NCBI GenBank assembly: GCA_023515725.1
Contig: JALDTO010000155.1
Coordinates: forward strand, 407,147 to 471,146
Source of the DNA: Amoeboaphelidium protococcarum X5
Taxonomy: Eukaryota; Fungi; Aphelidiomycota
DNA: 64,000 bases
Reading direction: 5' to 3'
The translations under genes were made by a program, and so were the position numbers. This document shows, piece after piece, positions 26,119 through 38,645 of this stretch. Every line of letters starts with the position of its first letter. The first letter of the stretch is position 1. The notes beneath the pieces are model-generated. The model was not told the DNA's origin. It worked only from the letters and a program-made list of their open reading frames with translations, and searched no databases.

Positions 26119-27700
26119 ATGATCTCATTGCTTGTAATTGCTATATACTGTCTTACTGGATAGATTTTAGCGTTGGATATTCTTAAATTGCTAGATTACT
26201 CCTCCACTCTCGGCCATATTGGTGTCCGCGGCGATAAGGACGATCATCATAAATACCCTAATGCAACGCTCTCTGTACCTGACAAAGATGGCTACTACTC
26301 TCTTATTTACACTGCTAATCGCCTGCCATCAAAGAATTCAGAATACACCTATAATTTGTAGAGGGCTATTGCCTCTGTGCTGATTAATCCGTCGGGGCCC
26401 TACTTTTCACGCTCTGATACAAGCTACTTATTTGGCTTGGGCGAGTCCAGAAGTGAAAATGCTTTCAAATTGCATTAGCTCTTTGATGGTCAGATTTAGA
26501 TTCTGAAAATTCATAAAGATCTTAAATAAAATCATGCGGAGCGTGTTCTCCGTGGTATTTAAAGTGTCCGTTAATTCAAGCCTGTAGAGTTCAACTATAA
26601 AGTCTCTGTAGATCATGGATGCCGGAGTCCAGATGATTGTCTCAAGAGAGTTGTACATCGCCGTTTTTAATACATTGGAGATGACACTTATCATCTATCG
26701 AAAGTCTAGGGAAGAGACTTCTCGTAAACTGATCCCTATTTCTATCGTCAGGCGATGACTGGAAGTGATGTTATTGTACACGTCGTTGACACTGGAATCA
26801 ATGTTCATCATGAACAGTTTGGAGGCAGGGCGTCGATGTTCTATGTGTCTGATCAGTATAAGGATGACTGCGATTAAACACTGGTAGATTGTAATGGTCA
26901 TGGTACTCACGTCGCTGGGACAATTGGAGGCGAAACTGTTGGTCTGTCTAAAAATGTCCGTCTTTATGGTTCAAAAGTGCTTGGGAAAACAGGCTAGGGT
27001 GATAATTCGGAAGTATTAGCTGCATTAGATGCAATATATAGGCATGATCATGAGGGTAAACGCGCCATAATCAACATGTCCCTCGGCTCTCCAGTCAGTA
27101 ATCAACACTTGGCTTTGGACAAGGCGTTGTTATTGCTCAAGGAGAAGAAGAATATCATAACCATTGTTGCCGCTGGTAATAATAACAAAGACGCTTGTAC
27201 TCAGAGTCCCGCGCTTAGTGAACATTCTATTACTGTTGGAAGTATTGGAGCATCTGGCTCGCGTTCCTCCTTCTCGAATTATGGCAAATGTGTGGACATC
27301 TACGCTCCTGGTGAGAAGATCTTGAGTGCCTACAGGCCGCGCAATGATCATTACGGCAAGTTGAGTGGCACATCGATGGCCACGCCCGTCGTTGTCGGAA
27401 TTGTTGCACAGATGTTATAGGCAAATTCATCGCTCACCATGTCGTAAGTCAAGCACTTATTGCAGACACACAGCAAATCAGTTATGGTCAGTAACTATAT
27501 TCAGGGCGGCAATCGATCGGTATCTGATTCGGCAATATATGCGTTACTGGATAGATAGAAGAATATTGAATACTAAGGCTAGGTGCCGTATGCTTTCAAG
27601 TTTCGGGAACCAGTGACGTAGTTTTAGTTCAAGATGCAAGATGCTATTATCGTATTTTTTATTTATCTAGCGATCATAGTTAGGACTTATTACAAAAAAG
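26119..27700 (+). CDS. Secreted S8 subtilisin-like protease with probable C-terminal TM helix; true 3' end uncertain (next TGA at 28021-28023, inside the transposon)
   Basis: Signal peptide, [32 protein letters not shown], then [19 protein letters not shown]. Confidence 0.88.
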
Positions 27701-30170
27701 CCGTAACGGGTCATGACCGTGTGACGCGGGCGATGTGTGACACGAGTACTAATAACACGCTCGGAAAAATTTGTCAACTTTTCTTTCGCTTCCTGACCAT
27801 CAACACAATATGCTATCATCACCCACTCAATAGAGACATCGAGAAAACGATCTGTATCTGCAGTAAAGGGCTCAGGAGACTTATGAGCTGGCAGCGGAGA
27901 ATAGGCCGGAGAATACTAATTTGGCATACAACCCAAAGCAGATTGAATTTCAAGATTGGTGTACTGAGCGTTAATTCAGAGACAGAGATACAGTGTCCGG
28001 GGAGAAATTGCATGCATTTGTGAGCGATATGGTGGTTGGCAGACCGAGTAGAACTGATCCCACTGTCACTGTTGGTGCTCCTACAGTCAATTCATATGTG
28101 GCAGCTATCACAGATTTGTATAAGTAGTAGAAGCTTCGCAACATGAACAACTACCCTCCGCCTCGAGAATTTCCGGCAGTGAAGCAGTTACTTCATCAAG
28201 TGAGAGGAGCGCAAGATTAGGTAAATAGGCGCAATTATGCTGATAGAATAGCAGGTACCATAGCTGATGGCTATTCGAGTGTCGAAGAGCTGCAGAGAAT
28301 TGCAGATTGGTTCATGAACTCAGGAGGTCGGAACGGGCTGCGTGACAGATTTATGTTCCTCATGGCGCACTATTGCTTATTACGTGGCGAGTCTTTAAGA
28401 TCTTTGGAGTTGGCTGATTTATATGCCATCAAATTGGAAAATGAAGGATTCACTGAGTGTTGGGCATTACTGGTACTCATGTGTTAAGGCAAAACCAATC
28501 AGTTCAATCGTAAAGAGTTTGGCTCATGCCTCAGAAATAAGCGCGTTGAAATATGCCCTTTCGGAGCATTGGCTCTTTATTTATTTCAGCGTTGGCATGA
28601 CTTTAATGAGCCGTTTCCTGATTTGACTAGTCCTCAAGATTGGTTTTAGATCAAAGTTTGTCGAGCTCGTGGACTTACTGAAGAGATGACTTACCAGACT
28701 CATTATAATGCTGTCAACAAGTGCTTGAGGGCCTGTAACATTCAAAGCAGTGCCAAGACTCATATCGGACGTGGTGCAGGTGCACGTATGGCAGAGTTGC
28801 AGGGTGCGTCTGAAGGTGATATTCGGCGCTTGGGGAGATGGAACAGCCAGGCGATGGAAGGCTGCTATTTGACTGCACTGCCCAGAGGAGCGATGAGATC
28901 TTTGGCTGGTTTCCCTACTGATTCCGGATCATTCTATTTAGATCGAGGATAAATTGATCCGCCTGAACATTTACAGAGATTGATATTTCCAGAAATTGAT
29001 ACGTATGTTATTGCAGAACTAGCGCATACGACAACCGCCGGGTTTATTAAGCTGCTTAAGTACATGAGGATTGTTGTTTTGTAGGACGCGGCTATTATGT
29101 AAGATTAGTATCCAGATTAGACTCTCTTTAATCATGCTCTATTTAGAAGTCAGGATTTTTTGCATTATAAAGAGTAACTGCTTGCTGCTCGGATTAATAA
29201 TCTACCGCCTACCGAATTGAGATTGTAATAGGCTATGCCAGAGTTGGTAAATAAGATCGATTCTGTTGGTCATTCTCTTCACGGCAAGATCGATGTTTTG
29301 AATCATAAAGTTGAACAATATGCTCATTCAAATACTCAAGTGCGCAATACTCTGAATGATTTACTCAATGGACGCACTGCAGTCCGGTTATATGCTGAGC
29401 CATAAGCTGCTAATCATGTGCTGCATTAGCCGCCTATTTAAATTGATTTGAATGCGCCTAACGTCTTACAGAATCAAGTTGGTGATAACATTGATATTAT
29501 ACCTGCTCGAGCTCTTCCACCGCAGTAGTATACCATGTCTCGTGGGCTGTCAACTGTTCAGGATGTGTGGAGGGAGTATAAAGAAGGCATTGGTGGTAAT
29601 CCATCAGTTGAATCATTGGAGTAATAATTTGGGGCCAAGTGGAGAAGCAAAGACAGTGAAAGGAAGCATTTTTCTAGGCGTTTAGTTATATACAAATTTA
29701 TTCAGAGTAAGATTGATAGTGGACTTTCGGAAAATGACGTTCTCACTGCTTTGGAGCGAAAGCGCCTTGGTGATAAGCTGTCACTGGACAATCTATAGAA
29801 GAAAATTAAGTCCAGGGAAATTGATATATGACTTGCTTGCGTCGACTTTTATATATATATATTTATCATGTAACCTTGAATTTAGACTTCTTTGTAATAC
29901 ATTTTTATAAAATTCAAAAATTCTTTACATATCTGCATACTGAGCAATATCAATGTCATGTTTGGTATAGTCCAAGAAAATTCGGCTTTGAAATACAACA
30001 TGCACTGTTTCAGCCAATTCTCAGTCACAGCAATGAAGAATAAACGGTACCGGAAAATTTTAGAATAACTAAAATAACTCTAGTTATTCTGTGACAATTC
30101 TTGTGACAAGTTTAATGGTTTGTTTGTGACCTCGCGCGAAATCTTGTGACCCAAATTGGGATAATTAGGA
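27680..30170 (+). mobile_element. CryptonF-type tyrosine-recombinase DNA transposon (boundaries approximate)
   Basis: Intact YR+GCR1_C ORF, TGTGAC motifs in both flanks, candidate terminal direct repeat TTAGGA (27680-27685 and 30165-30170), no TIRs seen. Confidence 0.75.
27810..29831 (+). CDS. Crypton tyrosine recombinase (Ndc10-II-like) with C-terminal GCR1_C domain, 673 aa
   Basis: LLRGES (R), GKTNQ (K), KTHIGR (HxxR), LGRW, GCY (Y), RIVVLQDAA; GCR1_C YTMSRGLSTVQDVWREYKEGIGGNPSVESLEQQFGAKWR..FSRR. Single frame. Confidence 0.92.
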
Positions 30171-30279
30171 ATAGCAGACTCGCTGTGTAACATGTGAAAA
30201 CTTTATTGATCATTGCGAGTGCACGTTTTAATCATTCTAATATAAATACATATATACATTTATAGCATTAATAGCTGCA

Positions 30280-31216
30280 TCATTTAATATGTCTAGTGCC
30301 ATTATAATTCTAGCTGAGGATATAAACTTCACGAGATTCTTTGCGCGATGCTTCTGGTTTAATAATCTTGACAAATCTAAACATTTGCTCCAACTCTTTA
30401 CGCAGTGGCACTGTTTAAGCACCTTGAATAGATTTGAAAAATAGCGCGCCACCGGTACGGAGCGGTAAAGTCTGCGCAGCTCTTATAACATATCTACACA
30501 ACTCTATAGATCTATCGTGATCCACGTCGAGCTGACCCGTAAGATTAGGAGACATATCTGATAAAATGACATCAAATCGCCGCTTCCCCAGAGCCTGCCT
30601 CAGCCGCGATACTGTATGAGAGTGTGTAAAATCCCAAGGATATAGAGCACATACTCCCGAGATCGATTCCATTGGCAAAAGATCAATGGCCACCACCGCG
30701 CCTAAATTGCGATTATTCAGATCTGACGCATTGATCGACTCAAAGGTGTCACCAGATTTCTACTAATTTTATGAGGACAGCGTTGGAGCAACACTATCAT
30801 TACTGTCACTAGTAGCAGCACCATTCTCGTGGGTAGTTTACACAGTGATATGAGAAGATGGTTGGAGATGGCGTGACAATTGAGAGGCGATATACACCGA
30901 AGCATCGCAACATTGGGCAGCAACCTGTGAAAATCCACCAGGCGAACTTCCGCAATCCAACACAAGCATACCGGGACGAATAAATTAGTACTTCTACTGA
31001 GACTAAAGCAGTTTAAATGCAGACCGCGACCTATAATTCTATTCATGCGCTTATTTCACATAATAATCTGTAAGTTGTCGATGTTTCCATGATTTAGAAC
31101 TACACTGAGAGATATAAGCACGCGTTAAACACGATAGTAAATGGTATCATTTATAAATAGTAAATTTACTTTGAAGGTCTTGGAAGAAATCTTCTTTGAG
31201 TGAGTATATTAATCAT
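30280..31216 (-). CDS. MRM2: FtsJ/RlmE-family mitochondrial rRNA methyltransferase; intron 31100-31169
   Basis: W..RQLTDYYV..YRSRSAFKL, VLDCGSSPGGFSQV, VAIDL, DVILSDMSPN, KPEASRKESREVY. Confidence 0.9.
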
Positions 31217-31255
31217 CTGTATTTTTCACTAGCACTAAATAGTAAAGCTCAAAAT

Positions 31256-32917
31256 TCAATTATTATTTTTCAGCTTTTCATCAACGCCAAAAGGAGAGAC
31301 GACGATAGGCACCAGTACCGCCTTGGTCTCATCACGGGCCTGTTTCAAAAATGGAATAATCTCCGTGCCACCAGTTCCTCTACTACCAGCACCAACTTCT
31401 TTCACAACTTCACCTGTAATTTTGACTTCAACAGTATCACCGCCATTAGGGCGGCTGTTTCCATCTTACAGCGGCGGTTCAAGACCATCAGCTTGTACAT
31501 TCATAGTCTTCAGTTCTTCCATTCCGACATGGGACGGGCTCACCTTACCGCTCAACTTTTAGCTAGTAGATTATGGCGGCATTGGTGCACCACTAACGGC
31601 GGAAGTATCAATTGGAGGAATAGTTCCGTTGCCTGCAGTAATCTAATCCAACTTGTATACGTGTTGTCCATCTCGACCGAGACCACCATATCCCTCTTTA
31701 GAAGCCGCTGATGGAATCTATCCAGTTTGCGCTGCTCTTTGAGCTTAAATTATTACATACCTAGTGACAATCTAAATGTGCTTGTCCCTGAATGTCTTCA
31801 TGTTCAAAACACATTCATTATAGGCATTGATACACTGCTGTACGTCAGTATTCTAAGCCATAGATCCAGCACTAGACATGTTGTGCACAAACTACTTCAG
31901 AGAGGGCGCCTATTCCAACGCTCTCAAGTAAGCGCGATATTTAGCTGACATATGCAGTCTCATGTCCAGCAGAAAATTGCTATTATTACCAGATCCTTTC
32001 GTAGGATAATGTTCTACACCCAAAAATATATCCAGTGCATGTATGAGAGCACTCTACGCAGCACTTCCACCAGGATACTTTTTACCGCTGGTGGGAGAGA
32101 ATGGCACTTCCTCAATACCTTCCCGCTTGAACATGGCCTCAATCTCTCCCGCGTCTCCATCATAGCGTACACCATTGGGGAGACTCTTGCTATTACTCCA
32201 CCCATTAAAGTAGATCCTGACTCTGTGATAGAATATGTACGGGTCACACTGCTCGGCCATTCTCATTAACAATACACTCATCTCCTGGATGGTGGAGGCT
32301 ACGACTAGAAGCGATCGACTCACCTGGGCATAATCAACTTCATCACTCGATATCTATTACAATACAGAGGTGATATGAGGCAGTGCTTTCGCACCAGCAC
32401 CTTCTATGGCCATCGTTACCAAATAGAACCACGACTCATCGAATCCCCCAGATATAGTGTGCAGAGTGGCGAGATTATCTAGCGTCAATTCTTTACCATG
32501 ATCCAACTTCTTGAAATTGTAATAGACCAGAGCAGAGTGACAACTGATCGGACGCAGGCCCAGCTTCTCCGATATCAAAATCCATGGCCTGGCGACATTC
32601 ACGGGTAGAACTGATGCAACCTCTTGTCCTTTACTACCCCAGACATAGCCATGGCAGATGAGGCAGAGGACAAGGAATGCCCGCTACAGACACTATTCGT
32701 CATCCATGAGCGGTGTTACATCAAGCTATGGCAGCACTTCAACTCTATGGCGCAATTTTAAAGCAATAAGCAGTGGACCGATATCATCCACAATTTCCTC
32801 CCACGCCTCGAATGCACCGGGAAGTCGACGTAGTGGCTCCTTCTCAGGCATAAACCCAGTCACCTCGCTGATTCCATAATCTTTTAATTAAGGGACAGGC
32901 TTCACTTGGCTGACCAT
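31256..32917 (-). CDS. BNA2: Indoleamine 2,3-dioxygenase
   Basis: TGFMP, HGYVWG, GGFDESWFYLV, CDPYIFYHRVRIYFNGW, GGSAAQ(TAG)S, FRDKHIQIVTRYV, RGTGGTEIIPFLKQARDET. Confidence 0.93.
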
Positions 32918-33295
32918 AATTTATCTATTCTAGTATATAGATTATAAGATGCAAGTGTTTATAAATGAGAGCCGATTTTGATGATGTGATGGACGCGGAG
33001 TAAAGAGCAGCGGAGAAATGAAAAGCAGCGCTGGATCGTCCTAGCCAAACTGAAGTGAGAAAACCGTGGGAACTTTATGTTCGTAAACATTTGAAGAGCA
33101 GTGGCTGATTAAATATATCTGAATAAAGTAATTACATGAAATAGAGTATACATTTTGAAACATTTATTCGCAACGCAAGTCGATAAAGAAGTAACGTTCT
33201 TGTATTACTGTCGGTGCAGAACGTGGTTGTTATTCCATATTTAATGTCAACTTCATACGAAGTGAACATAAATGAACAGGTGTTGAAGAGTATAT

Positions 33296-34633
33296 TCATT
33301 ACATCTGTGACTGATCAAATATTGAAGAGTAGACAGTCTTGGTGGGAGTGGCAGGAAGTTCCAATTCTTTTGCATCATCGGCACTATCTAGATCATTGTC
33401 AGTGTCACCATACTCTTCGATTTGTGTCAGTTATTCTACATCCAAGCCACCTAGCATCTCATCCAAATCACGCTTATTAATTATGGATATACTTGAGCGA
33501 TTCTAATGCTATTATTGATGTTGTAGAAATGGAGGATCTTCCAGTACGGATATATCGTTCACATAGGATACTGAATCATCATTGCCAGGTATTCCATTAC
33601 GCGAATTACCATCTTGATTTTCAATATTTTCATCATCATCTTCTTCTGAATAAGTCGCCATAACAAATTCGCAATGGAAGAATTGAGCAACTTGAAACTT
33701 GAATACCACAGGAAGACCAGGACTGTGATACTTGCAAAGAAACTGTCCATGAAGAGCATCACAGAGCGATAAAGCCGCCTTGAACTCTTTCAAACTGAAT
33801 GTAATCACCTGGTTGCAACTAGATTTAACATCTGTAAAATCATTCAAATCCATGGACAGCTCAGTATTAAGTGCACGTCTGTTCTTCTGGTGACGGAGCA
33901 TTCTACCACCGCCAGCATCCGACTAATTATCCAGCTCTAGAGGAGCAGTCTCGACGAAGGACACAAAGTTGATTGTTTCATTCTTCATACGCATAGACAC
34001 CTCCTCCAATCCATTACCAAAATAACCTACCCATCCGAGAAGAGAGTTGGGACTTATACACCATTAATTCCCCTCAGCAGAGTACATTTATACATCGTAT
34101 TTGGCATGTAAAATTTCATCCAACTCCTAATAATGAAGCATATGCTTTCGTGTAATACCTTCTTTATACCGGAACGTGATGTGCAAGTAGTCATCATTAT
34201 CAATATTAGAAGAATGAGCATTCCCAATTTTCTACAAAACTCTTTCATTATGTTAACCATTAGCCAATGAATGGTGACACAGAGACCATTCGACATGATC
34301 CAGTTAATCATGCGACTTTGTGACGTGTAAAAGAGATTTTATAGGCAGCTAAATCTTTAAGCTACCACCAGACTTTGAAGATTGTGGCTAGTACTCTTAA
34401 AACCATATCCTTTATATTTCAATCAATGCAAAACACGACTTGGAGTTGTTAATGACACTCAGCTTCATCCCACCGTTCGCAAACTCCAATGCAACATCCT
34501 GATTCACTTTGTACAACTGGGTAAGACACTAGTTTAAGACTACACCGTGTTGATTAAAACTGATTACTTGAATATAAATTCTGATTAAAAGCTTACGCTG
34601 CAGAGAAGCCGATTAAATCTTAAGTAGAACCAT
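33296..34633 (-). CDS. RAD9: 9-1-1 checkpoint clamp subunit Rad9; intron 34540-34596
   Basis: INNSKSCFA, LNTELSMDLNDF, ITFSLKEFKAAL, PGLPVVF, EFVMAT, acidic tail. Confidence 0.85.
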
Positions 34634-34816
34634 ACTTTAAAGGTTAGTTTTAGACGTGACCAAGTGTGCTACTATAATGCTGCTATTATTAAAGGGAATG
34701 AGCTGCCAGTAGAGTCTGAAACAGAAAAGGTGATTTCTGAAACAGAACGCGCTATTCCGTAACCGCGTCACCTTCATCGCGAAGAACATTACTGGGATCA
34801 AAGATAGATTTAGCGC

Positions 34817-35740
34817 ATGAAACTGACGTGGGATTTGGACGAGATTAAAGATTTGCGGGAGAAACAACGCGTCATTGGATCGTGTGTGGGCAGATTATGC
34901 TCGGAATCTGGTACTAATGCACTTCCTATGGTGATTTTAGATGCTACGTCGTCAACTAGCAGCGAGTCACTTGTTCATGATTAATTGGTAGATGGAGCGT
35001 CCGATTAATCTTTGAATAGGATCATAATGGGGATATGTAATCAATACATAACTTTGTATAACTAAAAGCGACATTAGAAAAGTCTTGCGGATAAATCATT
35101 CGTTAGTATCACGGACAGCGTTGAGTCGTCAATGTAAAGTATGCAACTTGCCGATATTGAGATTCCATTAATGGATATGAACGACGTCTAAAAGTTAATG
35201 AATGCTGATATTATGGTCTAAAATAAGCAGCTCAACTGTAATTTTAAATATCTGTCAGAGGCAATACTGAAATTATGGATGAGTAATCACAATGCTGTAC
35301 AGAATAATAAGCAGATTCCAAAACTTAGGATGGAGTAGAACATGAACTAACCGTGCAGCGTATTAATAGGGACTAATAGCTGCATGATTTAAAGTAAGAG
35401 TTAAAGTTTGGAATATATACGCAGTGAAGTCAAGGATGCTTATTTTGCATCTGGATTAAAAACTGGATCTCACCTAACTTTATATCCTGGCGACCCTCTC
35501 CTCTACCACGCGTCCTCCATTGTTCACTCTGTTGGGAATGAGGCGCTCACTTTTAGACAATTACTTCGATGGGCTCGACTTGCAGAGAAAGTGAATAAGA
35601 ATGTCGTTGTATGTAATTAGAATGGAAACAAGGCGGATATTATAGATGGCAATGATGTAACACCTTACAACTAGTATTTCACAATTACAGCTCTGACAAA
35701 ATCAGACTTTGAGTCAAGTGGCAGCGAATCAACGTCGTGA
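34817..35740 (+). CDS. SEN34: tRNA-splicing endonuclease subunit Sen34
   Basis: WDLDEIKDLREKQRVIG..LPMVI; SGLKTGSHLTLYPGDPLLYHAS..RLAEKVNK (catalytic Y/H/K). Confidence 0.8.
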
Positions 35741-36790
35741 CTTGTAAAATTTCTTTGATGGCATCGATGGATCCGTGTATGATTTTGTAAATTTGGGTAA
35801 TAGATTATTCAAATCCTTTTCAGTTGGAGCCAAATCTTTAATGAATGGCAGCAGTTCTTCATGCATCCAGGAAGCTTTGCGATCGAATAACTCTCTAAAT
35901 CTCACCACGGGTGTGCCCGAAAGTTCAGACAATGGGAACAGTTCAACTATAACACGCTAATTATCCCCATTCTGATTTATAATTACGCAATCTCTCACAG
36001 CATTTATGTCAAATGGCTCAGTATCAGCACCTAGTATAGTGTCCAGGGCAAACTACATCTTTTACAAGAATACTGATAGCTCCATTTGTCTACAGTCACT
36101 GAGAATTACTTGACACAGCAGCTTTGCGATTTTAATTCTACTTATGGCATAGGATCCTTCTGAATTGCAATCACAAATAGAAAGTAACGCGTATTTAACA
36201 ACAGGAGCTGGATAATCGCTCTATTAGTCATCAATAGGAGTGGAGTTGTCATCAACTTGGTAAGCCTGCAAAATCAACTATAAATCGAAATGAAACATGT
36301 CAAATCCATTGGCATTCATTTCAGCAATCAGATTCTCTACAACCTCAGCAGTGTATTGCAAGGACATTACCATGTATAATCCATCAAGACAAATGTATTT
36401 CGCTGGAGATAACTCGTACAGAAGCTCTTAATGTGAACATTGAACTTGTTACAATAACTCTTTTGCACTTATTCCAAGTCCTTATCGCAACTGTCCCTAG
36501 TAAACGTGCACCTTGATCAATTCTTGGACTCTTTCCATACTCGGCCTAATTCTAGTTAATTCCAAGTGAGAGGCAACACTTTCGATGACCCTATCACCTT
36601 GTACTACCAACATGGTATTGGAAGACTGCTACTCTGCAACTTTAAATGTCTCATTGTGAGTGCAAATTACAGCTTCATCTCCGTCGCGACCTCTAATGAA
36701 CAACTTTAAATCTTATTGCACACCCCAGTCAGGCCACTGAATTAATAGAAATTTCTTTTGCAACTTGGAAAACTTGATTTTATTGGTCAT
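35729..36790 (-). CDS. DCC1: Sister chromatid cohesion protein Dcc1
   Basis: FIRGRDGDEAVICTHNETF..SSNTML; C-terminal ELS..PVVRFRELFDRKASW..EELLPFIKDL. Confidence 0.88.
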
Positions 36791-37590
36791 TTCGATGGAT
36801 TCAATGAATTATGGATGCTTATTTTAACGCTGTGCCGTTTAATGTGGGATAATCGTTCATTTACGCGAGGAGATTATTATTGGATGGTGCCGGGTTGATT
36901 TAACGCGTCAAACTCCATTGTCGCATGTGTTTAGAGCACTGTTGAATGGAGCTACGGAGGATAAAGGATAATTCATAGACAAGTGGTGATAAATTGTAAA
37001 CTACATCTTGAAAGTTCGTCACTGGAAAGATCAAACGTTAGATATCGTCACGATTTTTATACTGATTATGAAACCTCCTCTATATCCTGGTGTATTAACA
37101 GCGCGATTTTGTAGTAAAGTGTGATTTTTTTATCGAAGTTTAAATATTGATGGAAGGATGAAGAGAAAAGATGTGACACAAATACGTGTAACCTTACATG
37201 TATTACTAAGTATAGTGAGAGAAACCATTAAAATGTTGGCCAAGAGATAAAGAGATAGACTGTCTTAATCGGAAACTAGCATTATTTTATGGATATATGT
37301 TGTAGTAGTATCGAACAGAAGAAATTCATGTGATTTGGGCGATAATTCTATTGATTTTGTGTCCACTATAATTTAACTTTGACTATGCGACGAATCGCAC
37401 AATTTTTGGTGGTACAACATCGCAAGTAGACGGGAGATCTGTGATTAGTGGTGATTCTCACATTAATGTGTGATTGGAGAGGAGTTCTACGATTACATTT
37501 GGTCACAAGATGGGCAGAATAAAAGCTGGATTGTGAATGATTATCTTTCTCTTTGCATTTAAAACTCTGTCATCGCATCTAAATATCATT

Positions 37591-38457
37591 ATGAGGTTTG
37601 CATTTTTTATTATGTTGTTCACCATGCTGGTGCTTTCAGCCACTGACTCTGCGAGTGGCGCCTAGAGAAGACCCCCCGCCGCATAGCGTCATCCTCCTCG
37701 TAAACATCCCAGACCGTCCAAAGTTCCTCCTGCTTAGCCTCAACCTCAATAGTAGCAGTAAAAACCGGCTACTTCCTCTCAAACGAAATCAGCTCCAGGT
37801 GGGCCTGCCAAGTAGCAGAATACTAACTCCAAGCCCGCTTAGGCTAACAAGCAGTAACCTGCTAAACCCGCTGCTGTTGGCGCTCCTGGGAATTCTGCAG
37901 CTACTGGTCGCGGTTTAAAGGCTCCAACTCCTACTGGAACATCTTCTCCCTCAGGCCCTCCTTCATAACCTGGTGGTGGGCCACCTTCGACACCAGCTTT
38001 CTAACCTGTTGATCATGGTAATGGGGTTGTCTAAACGGGTCCTAATAATTACTGGAATGTGAATACTGGCAGAACCTTTTCCCGACACACAAATAATCCT
38101 AATCCGGTATAATATTTGGGCCGTAATCGTTAAGGTTAGCCGGTTTGGTATAATTATGACACTAATCAATTTACGGCTCCTCCTCCATAAGCCTCTGGCT
38201 CAGCTGGCGCCGGGAGTAGTACAGCAGGTGGCGCCGGAAGTAGTTCAGCGGCTGCTGCCCAAGGACAGCCTGGGAATCCGATGGGTCTCAATGTCGATGC
38301 TGATACGGCTACGTTCTAGGGCGAAGATCGGTCAAATTCGAATAACCGTTTAATTGAACATGTCAAGAATATGATAGCTCGTGGATATACCATGGGTCCC
38401 GATGGTTAGTGGCGTAGAGGAGGCCGTGATGGAAGTGAGCTGCGTAGGTTCGATTGA
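37591..38457 (+). CDS. Secreted Pro/Gln/Gly-rich orphan protein, 288 aa
   Basis: Signal peptide MRFAFFIMLFTMLVLSA; low-complexity P/Q/A/G/S body; Cys-free; TGA at 38455-38457. Confidence 0.75.
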
Positions 38458-38645
38458 AATACCCTATTGTTGATGAGAAGTATAATGATTTGAATTTGAA
38501 TACAGTAATTGAATTTTAATAGCGTACGTTCTCAGATATTTTCAACCTTGATCTTTCGTCTAGTTTGAAATTCGATTTTGAACAAACGATAAATTGAAAA
38601 ATCACAACAGCACATTTCCTTTTATAATGATATCTAGTAAGAAAG

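Noticed and set aside
27810-29831. Calling the recombinase ORF the kinetochore protein Ndc10 or the transcription factor Gcr1
   Set aside because: All YR catalytic residues are intact and the context looks like an insertion; the domesticated forms are known from budding yeasts.
29850-29862. (TA)n run after the Crypton ORF as an element end or target-site duplication
   Set aside because: No matching run on the left side, and element-like motifs continue about 300 nt further right.
30090-30150. Spaced TGTGAC repeats as a CRISPR-like array
   Set aside because: Only 6-7 bp, irregular spacing, eukaryotic context and no cas genes.
36800-37590. tRNA or ncRNA in the longer intergenic gaps (also 20810-21370, 25750-26110)
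   Set aside because: No cloverleaf, box motifs or stable long hairpin recognised by eye; tRNAscan-SE/Infernal would be needed.
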